Positions 14,409-19,347 of a DNA stretch of 19,347 nucleotides are shown here, in pieces (the first letter of the stretch is position 1; each line of letters begins with the position of its first letter). Position numbers and translations under genes: made by a program. Where the stretch lies: positions 2,392 through 21,738 of the forward strand of contig CAZMCX010000005.1 of assembly GCA_964565125.1 (NCBI GenBank), read 5' to 3'. This stretch comes from an uncultured archaeon. Lineage in GTDB: Archaea; Iainarchaeota; Iainarchaeia; Iainarchaeales; 0-14-0-20-30-16. The notes below the pieces were generated by a model that was not told the origin of the DNA, made no database searches, and saw nothing but the letters and a program-made list of their open reading frames with translations.

Positions 14409-15677
14409 TTATTCAGTTCTGGAGCCCATATCCAATGCTTTGGGAGTAATCATCTCTCTGATTATATCTTCTTTTTTTGAGTATTTTCCGAGAACACACT
14501 TTGCTTTCATTAGTGCGGTTTCAGCAATCATGTCTTCTAGCCCGATAACTCCCGCGTCTTTGATTTCTCTTAACCTAGAATAAACATTTTGATTCACTCT
14601 GCCATAAATTGTCTGAGTTGTCATAAAAAACAGCACACTTTTTGTCTTTTTTATTTGTGGAATAAAATCTCTAGATACATGTCCTAAACCAGTACCTTCC
14701 AAAATAATTATTTTGTAACCTTCTTTCCCCAGGTAATCAATGATCTTGGGGTCCTGCCCCGGGAAAAACTTTAGTAAATAAACTTGGTCACTAAGCTTAC
14801 CCGGTTTCTCTAATTCTCCAGAAGAAAGCAGTTTGTAGGAATCCGAAAATTTAACTTTTGCCTTCGAAATATCTCTTAAATCAAATACAACTTTAGCAAT
14901 CGGCTCTAGATTTATTGATTTAAAAGCATCTCTTCTTGAGCTATGTAACTTTCTTGCTTTTGTACCTGCAATTATATCTATTTCAGTATCACCAGATGAA
15001 GAATGCATTGAAACAAACACCCCTCCCTTTTTGCTTTCAATTATGAACTTAACAGCCCCCAATAAATTATAAGTTGTGTCTGCTGATGGTCTATCGCTTG
15101 ACCTCTGGGACCCTACAATTACTACCGGGATTATAATTCCATCTAACAAGTAACTCAGAACCGCAGAAGTATAATGTAATACATCTGTTCCATGTGTTAA
15201 GATAATTCCATCGTAGTCTTTGTATTTAGAATAAACTAGGTTAGCAATTTCTCCCCAGTTTTTGTTCTTTAGATCTTCGCTCATGATCTGCCCATAAGTA
15301 TAGGTTTCAATATTTGCTAATTCTTTTAATTCTGGGATTAAATTCAGTAAATCTTCTGCAGAGAATTTTGCGCTTACTGCACCAGTAGTGTAATCAATTT
15401 TTGATGCTATAGTTCCACCAATATTACAGATCAAAATTTTTTTCTTATTGTTATCTTGTTTTATTATCTTTTCTTTAACTATTTCTACCTGCTTGATCTT
15501 TTCTTTTGCCTCTTTTATTGAAATAATATTCTCTTTTAAAATCCCCACATTGTATCCGCTTTTTTGTTTTATTATGTAAACTCTTTCAGTTGAAGATGGC
15601 AGTATAAGTCCCCCAATTTTATCTTCTTTTAAAGCATTCTTAAAATCAATCTCAACTGTCTTCCCAATATAGTTCAT
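14409..15677 (-). CDS. gatD: Glutamyl-tRNA(Gln) amidotransferase subunit D
   Basis: About 422 aa. N-terminal GatD-specific domain, then an asparaginase-type domain (ICNIGGTIASKIDYTTG, ILTHGTDVLHYTSAVLSY, LEGTGLGH). ATG 15677 is the likely start; the track GTG is at 15686. Confidence 0.85.
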   Translation of the reverse strand: MNYIGKTVEIDFKNALKEDKIGGLILPSSTERVYIIKQKSGYNVGILKENIISIKEAKEKIKQVEIVKEKIIKQDNNKKKILICNIGGTIASKIDYTTGAVSAKFSAEDLLNLIPELKELANIETYTYGQIMSEDLKNKNWGEIANLVYSKYKDYDGIILTHGTDVLHYTSAVLSYLLDGIIIPVVIVGSQRSSDRPSADTTYNLLGAVKFIIESKKGGVFVSMHSSSGDTEIDIIAGTKARKLHSSRRDAFKSINLEPIAKVVFDLRDISKAKVKFSDSYKLLSSGELEKPGKLSDQVYLLKFFPGQDPKIIDYLGKEGYKIIILEGTGLGHVSRDFIPQIKKTKSVLFFMTTQTIYGRVNQNVYSRLREIKDAGVIGLEDMIAETALMKAKCVLGKYSKKEDIIREMITPKALDMGSRTE

Positions 15678-15827
15678 CTTTTTCACACTCTTTTTTTTAA
15701 CTAAATCTTACTATAAAAAATATATATCTTGTTTATATAAAACAATATTATATTTTTGCTTGGGCATGCGGTCGACAAAGTAATGAAAGGGCTGTATTAA
15801 AAATATATGTTTACTAAATAACTATGA

Positions 15828-16334
15828 GTGGCAGAAAAGAATAAAGATAATATTATAATACGGGATTTTAAATTAGAGGATTCTATTTTTTTAGAAGATA
15901 TGTTTAAATCAGATTTAGAACGATTTTTTTCTTACCTTACAAAAGATCAAAAAAAACTATTTATTGAGGTCAACTCTGCAAAAAGATTTATTGAATTATC
16001 ACAAAGACCAACAGATTTAGTAAAAATTATAGAAAAAGACAAGAAAATTATAGGATATTTTCATTTTGGAAAGAATAAAGAAAAAGCAGATTCGTTGAAA
16101 ATTCAAAGAATACACATCACTACGCCCCAACAAGGAATATTCAAAAATTATGTATGGCCAACAATAATGCAGTATGCCAAATTGTGGAATTGTAAGGAAA
16201 TAGTAGTTTACATTACTTACCATTTAAAACCGATAATACACAAATTATTCCCCGGTTTTAAATTTTATGGGCCAATAGTGAAATATAGGCGCGGTGTTAA
16301 TATGTTATTTTATAAATATGTAAAAGGTATTTAA
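15828..16334 (+). CDS. Putative GNAT-family N-acetyltransferase
   Basis: 168 aa. Shows a GNAT-like layout: IIIRDFKLEDSIFLEDMF, then KIIGYFHF...IQRIHITTPQQGIFKNYVWPTIMQYAKLWNCKEIVVYI, then PGFKFYG. The acetyl-CoA loop is degenerate. GTG start without a clear SD, so the function and start are uncertain. Confidence 0.5.
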   Translation: MAEKNKDNIIIRDFKLEDSIFLEDMFKSDLERFFSYLTKDQKKLFIEVNSAKRFIELSQRPTDLVKIIEKDKKIIGYFHFGKNKEKADSLKIQRIHITTPQQGIFKNYVWPTIMQYAKLWNCKEIVVYITYHLKPIIHKLFPGFKFYGPIVKYRRGVNMLFYKYVKGI

Positions 16335-16438
16335 ATCTGTCTTTTTTATTAATTAGTAGTTGACTTAGAAGTGATATTTGCGTTATCTTTATATATTTTA
16401 GATTTATATTTAATATATAAAGTTGGTAGGTGAACTAG

Positions 16439-16768
16439 GTGTTGTTGATGGATAATGAGCTCATTCTTCGGTGTAAAAAGTATCTGGCGCTTTCTAAAAA
16501 AGCCTTAAAACTTGTAAAAATATCTGTTGCAAAAACAGGGTCTTTGTATAAGGTTGCTGAAGACTTCCAGAATATGGCAAAGAATTACATTTCCGATGGC
16601 GAATATCAATTAAAAATTGGGAATCATGACATTGCTTTGGCATCCTTTTCTTATGCCCATGCTTGGCTTGATGCGGGCGCAAGGCTTGGAATTTTTGAAG
16701 TTAAGGGCAACACAAAACTCTTTACTCTTTATAAAGAAGCTACAGGGCGAGGGAGTGTGAAAAAATGA
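16439..16768 (+). CDS. DUF357-family protein (archaeal four-helix protein of unknown function)
   Basis: 109 aa. The central motif NYISDGEYQLKIGNHDIALASFSYAHAWLDAGARLGIF matches my memory of the DUF357 signature (YA.GWLDAG.RLG). GTG 16439 has AGGTGAA plus 4 nt upstream; the alternative ATG is at 16448. The stop overlaps the next gene as ATGA. Confidence 0.7.
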   Translation: MLLMDNELILRCKKYLALSKKALKLVKISVAKTGSLYKVAEDFQNMAKNYISDGEYQLKIGNHDIALASFSYAHAWLDAGARLGIFEVKGNTKLFTLYKEATGRGSVKK

Positions 16769-19170
16769 ACAAATTATTTATTTTCTGTTTAATATCTTTA
16801 TTGTTTGTATCAGTAGTTTGTGCTGAACCAATAACAACCGGAAGTATAAATTTATTTGCAGTTAGCGATGACGACCAAGGTATTTCTGCAAGCCTAACTC
16901 TAAGCTTAGTCAGCGGAACTGGCCAAATTTGGTCTAAAATTACTTCTCTTATAGGAATTAGCACCCAAAATACTGAGAAAACTGTAGTCCAACTCTCAAA
17001 AAATTATGTTGATTTTGTTGATAACTTTGATTATAAATATGATATTGTTAGTAATGCAAAAATTGTGGATGGCCCAAGTGCTGGCCTGCCAATGGGGCTT
17101 TTAACAGTAAGTATGCTTCAAGGAAAAGAAATACAAGATTATGTTTCGGCAACAGGCACAATTTCATCACAAGGCCTAATTGGAGCAGTAGGCGGAGTCT
17201 TAGAAAAAACCAGGGTTGCCTATGAAAAAGGTGTCAAATTATTCTTTGTTCCGGCCTCAAATTTGGATGTAGTAGTAAAAGATGATGGAGTAAAAAAAGT
17301 AAATCTTACTACCTACGCTTATGAAAAATATGGAATAAAAGTTATTGGTGTTGATACTTTAGACGAAGCCTTTGGTTACTTAGAAACCCCATTTGAAGAC
17401 ATTAACATAGATCTAAATGATGCTAAAGAAATTGTAATTTATAATCCACCCCCGACTCAATACCAAGAAAACATGGTTGGGTTTGCAGAATTTGTTAATT
17501 CCTATGCTTTAACTCTAAAAACAAACATAGATAATGCCAAAACAATACTTAACAACACCCTGCTAGATCAAGATGTTACAAACACAATGCTTGAGCTTAT
17601 TGTATATTCTGAAAAACTTTACGATGAAGGACTTTCAGCAAAAGATGGAAACTATCTGTATTCTGCAGCCAATTATTTCTTTCTATCTAACATTAATGCT
17701 AATTTGGTTATAGATGTTTGTTATAATCCTACTCTTTTAACTATAAACTCAACAACCTTTAACGAAAATGTTAGTCTACTTAAAGACAATTTGAATATTT
17801 TAGAAAAGAAGCTTAGTTACTTACCATATGACGGCTTTGAATGGTTTGTTGCTGCCCAAGAGCGTTACTTGTGGGCAAAGTATTATGTGTCTCAGTTAGA
17901 TGCAGTATCAGTAGTAATCAACAACCAGGTAAAAACTGTTGCACTGGACAAATTAGAAAAATATGAATATGCAAAAGAATGGGTTATGGTTGCGGCAGGA
18001 TTTTTGGATAACATTGACAGCAATAATACCTATGTTTCAGTAAAAGATTATGCTGATTCCGCATATACAACTTTACAAGAAATAGGAAAATCAGAGGAAG
18101 CAATAAACAAATTGGAACCAAAAAAGTTACAAGAGTTAGAAAGAAAAATCTTTGGTGCAAAAGAGTCATATAACAAAGGCTGGTACCTTACCTCTCTCTA
18201 TGAATCTGCAACAGTGTTGGGCATAGTAAATGCAAACATATTAATGGAAAACAAAAGCTATTCTGAACTAGAGCCAATAGTTATAGAAAAAATCCAAACC
18301 TTAGAAAACAATATGAAAGATTCTAATATACAATATGTTTGGTCAGAACTTTATCTTAATCATTCCAAATATTTCTTAAACGAGGCAAAGTTCTACAAAA
18401 GCCAAAACAACATAGTCTATGCCTTAAACAGTCTTGCAAGTTCTTTAGAGTTGCTTTATTTAGCAGACAATCTTTATTCCGCATCAAGTAATTTTTACGA
18501 CAATCGGGCAACATTAGAAAAAGTTATTGTTACCGCAGAGAATCAGGAAAACAAAGGAACAGTTACAACAAAAGCAAGCTTTAATTTTGGGTTTTTGTAC
18601 ATAGTAATAATCATTGTTGCGTTATTTATACTTTCAATAATAGTGATCTACTTTATTGCAAAGATAAAAGACAAGACCGAAAATAAAGTCTTCAAAGATG
18701 TAAATAAAGAGATAACTGTTATAAAGAACTATTTGCTTGATTTAGACAAAAAGTATCTTACGGGCAGAGTAGAAGATAGTGAGTATATTCTGTTAAGAAA
18801 AGACTATAATAAAAAACTAATTTACTTAGAAAAAAGAAGAAAGGCAGTTGTAGATAATTTGGAAGATTTGGCATACCTAGAAAGCCAGTTAAGATATTTG
18901 CAGAATAAGCTTTCAAGGACTATGTCGTTCTATACAAAAAATTTAATAACTGATGGAGAATATAACCGCCTAGTTAAAGACTATAAAGAAGAAATAACAA
19001 ACATAAAATATAATATTGAAGCGGACAAAAAGAAGCTTTCAAAGATTGAACTTGAAGATAGCTCCACAGTGGAGTTTTGTAAGCCGATACAAAAGTTAAA
19101 AACCAAAAAAGTTACAAAGCCAGTAAGTAAAAAAGAAAAAACGACAAAAGCCATAAAATCTAAAAAATAA
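16765..19170 (+). CDS. Membrane-anchored extracytoplasmic Lon-like (S16) serine protease without ATPase domain, with a cytoplasmic coiled-coil/SHOCT-like tail
   Basis: 801 aa. Signal peptide MNKLFIFCLISLLFVSVVCAEP. Lon proteolytic-domain motifs VDGPS(105)AGLPMG and GGVLEK(148)TRVAYEKGVKLFFVP give a Ser-Lys dyad. A helical ectodomain of about 400 aa follows. TM helix FGFLYIVIIIVALFILSIIVIYFIA (nt 18586-18660). The 169-aa cytoplasmic tail ends in a Lys-rich stretch. Confidence 0.85.
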   Translation: MNKLFIFCLISLLFVSVVCAEPITTGSINLFAVSDDDQGISASLTLSLVSGTGQIWSKITSLIGISTQNTEKTVVQLSKNYVDFVDNFDYKYDIVSNAKIVDGPSAGLPMGLLTVSMLQGKEIQDYVSATGTISSQGLIGAVGGVLEKTRVAYEKGVKLFFVPASNLDVVVKDDGVKKVNLTTYAYEKYGIKVIGVDTLDEAFGYLETPFEDINIDLNDAKEIVIYNPPPTQYQENMVGFAEFVNSYALTLKTNIDNAKTILNNTLLDQDVTNTMLELIVYSEKLYDEGLSAKDGNYLYSAANYFFLSNINANLVIDVCYNPTLLTINSTTFNENVSLLKDNLNILEKKLSYLPYDGFEWFVAAQERYLWAKYYVSQLDAVSVVINNQVKTVALDKLEKYEYAKEWVMVAAGFLDNIDSNNTYVSVKDYADSAYTTLQEIGKSEEAINKLEPKKLQELERKIFGAKESYNKGWYLTSLYESATVLGIVNANILMENKSYSELEPIVIEKIQTLENNMKDSNIQYVWSELYLNHSKYFLNEAKFYKSQNNIVYALNSLASSLELLYLADNLYSASSNFYDNRATLEKVIVTAENQENKGTVTTKASFNFGFLYIVIIIVALFILSIIVIYFIAKIKDKTENKVFKDVNKEITVIKNYLLDLDKKYLTGRVEDSEYILLRKDYNKKLIYLEKRRKAVVDNLEDLAYLESQLRYLQNKLSRTMSFYTKNLITDGEYNRLVKDYKEEITNIKYNIEADKKKLSKIELEDSSTVEFCKPIQKLKTKKVTKPVSKKEKTTKAIKSKK

Positions 19171-19180
19171 TTTTAGACAA

Positions 19181-19329
19181 GGCTGGCAACCAGGAAGCCA
19201 TTTTGCTTTTGGGCAAAGAAAGCTTTTTGCTATGCAAAAAGTTTCAGTGGCCAAAGCAAATTGTGATAACAATTTGGCTTCTTCTAAAATGTTTCGGGGT
19301 CTGAAGCAGTTTGTGAACAAACTGACTTC
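19181..19329. other. G+C-enriched, hairpin-dense region of unknown nature (structured RNA fragment, or 5-prime end of an unlisted ORF starting at ATG 19232)
   Basis: Contains these stems: CTGG-caa-CCAG (19183-19193); AGCTTTTTGC-tat-GCAAAAAGTT (19221-19243); CAAATTGT-gata-ACAATTTG (19257-19276); GAAGCAGTTTGT-ga-ACAAACTGaCTTC (19303-19329, one bulge). The + frame from ATG 19232 stays open to the window end (MQKVSVAKANCDNNLASSKMFRGLKQFVNKLTSYLAFS). Confidence 0.25.
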
Positions 19330-19347
19330 TTACCTAGCCTTTTCTTA

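Noticed and set aside
15764-15776. GCATGC-g-GTCGAC (adjacent SphI and SalI palindromes), a G+C island in the gatD/GNAT divergent promoter, as a possible cloning-vector remnant
   Set aside because: It does not match the pUC/M13 polylinker order (SphI-PstI-SalI, with CCTGCAG between). No other vector sequence flanks it, and the surroundings are native AT-rich promoter DNA. It may be a regulator-binding site, but a single 13-mer is not enough to call.
1-19347. Alternative genetic code with TGA as sense (code 4/25), suggested by lone in-frame TGAs at 12114-12116 and 831-833
   Set aside because: Several well-defined genes terminate with TGA at exactly the family-typical length: livF at 781-783, nop5 at 7106-7108 (6 nt before the fibrillarin ATG), and DUF357 in the ATGA overlap at 16765-16768. 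Reading through the livF TGA would add a 38-codon tail with no family precedent. The standard code (table 11) fits.
1-19347. CRISPR arrays, rRNA/tRNA genes, transposases, toxin-antitoxin pairs or known defence-system genes
   Set aside because: No regularly spaced direct repeats, no tRNA T-arm (GTTCRAATC-like) or rRNA-like sequence, and no DDE/HUH transposase or nuclease/NTPase defence motifs were seen in any frame. The only recombinase is the Xer-type enzyme.

Overview
AT-rich (about 30% G+C by hand count of a few lines), tightly packed chromosomal segment of an archaeon, most plausibly a small-genome DPANN-type lineage. That assignment is an inference from the archaeal hallmark genes: fibrillarin plus Nop5, GatD, DTD2-type D-aminoacyl-tRNA deacylase, XerA-type tyrosine recombinase, DUF357, and a signal-peptide Lon-like protease without an ATPase domain. 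Other content: LivF-like ABC ATPase, AsnRS, YdjM-like membrane protein, CPA2 cation/proton antiporter with RCK-N, class I O-methyltransferase and a GNAT-like protein. No rRNA, tRNA, CRISPR array or transposase was recognised. Points worth a second look: (1) A perfect 10-6-10 dif-like inverted repeat (ATCGGCATAA-TGTACC-TTATGCCGAT, 12267-12292) lies about 0.7 kb upstream of xerA. An 11/12 copy of one arm sits in the xerA promoter region. The two sites bracket a CpG- and G+C-enriched 555-nt reading frame interrupted by a single in-frame TGA, so this is a candidate Xer/dif module carrying an IMEX-like insertion. (2) xerA lies 2 nt from the longest ORF (GTG 10684) of a bacterial-type DisA diadenylate cyclase, 11 nt from its likelier ATG 10675; a K+-type antiporter, Nop5 and fibrillarin follow in one co-directional string. 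(3) A secreted esterase carries four tandem 8-Cys modules. (4) A decayed GT4 glycosyltransferase has compensating homopolymer indels. (5) Two paralogous mini-ORFs sit directly behind the stop codons of unrelated genes. (6) A membrane-anchored extracytoplasmic Lon-like protease is translationally coupled to DUF357. (7) A hairpin-dense, G+C-enriched tail occupies the 3-prime edge of the window. All functional calls come from motif recognition by eye; no database search was run.
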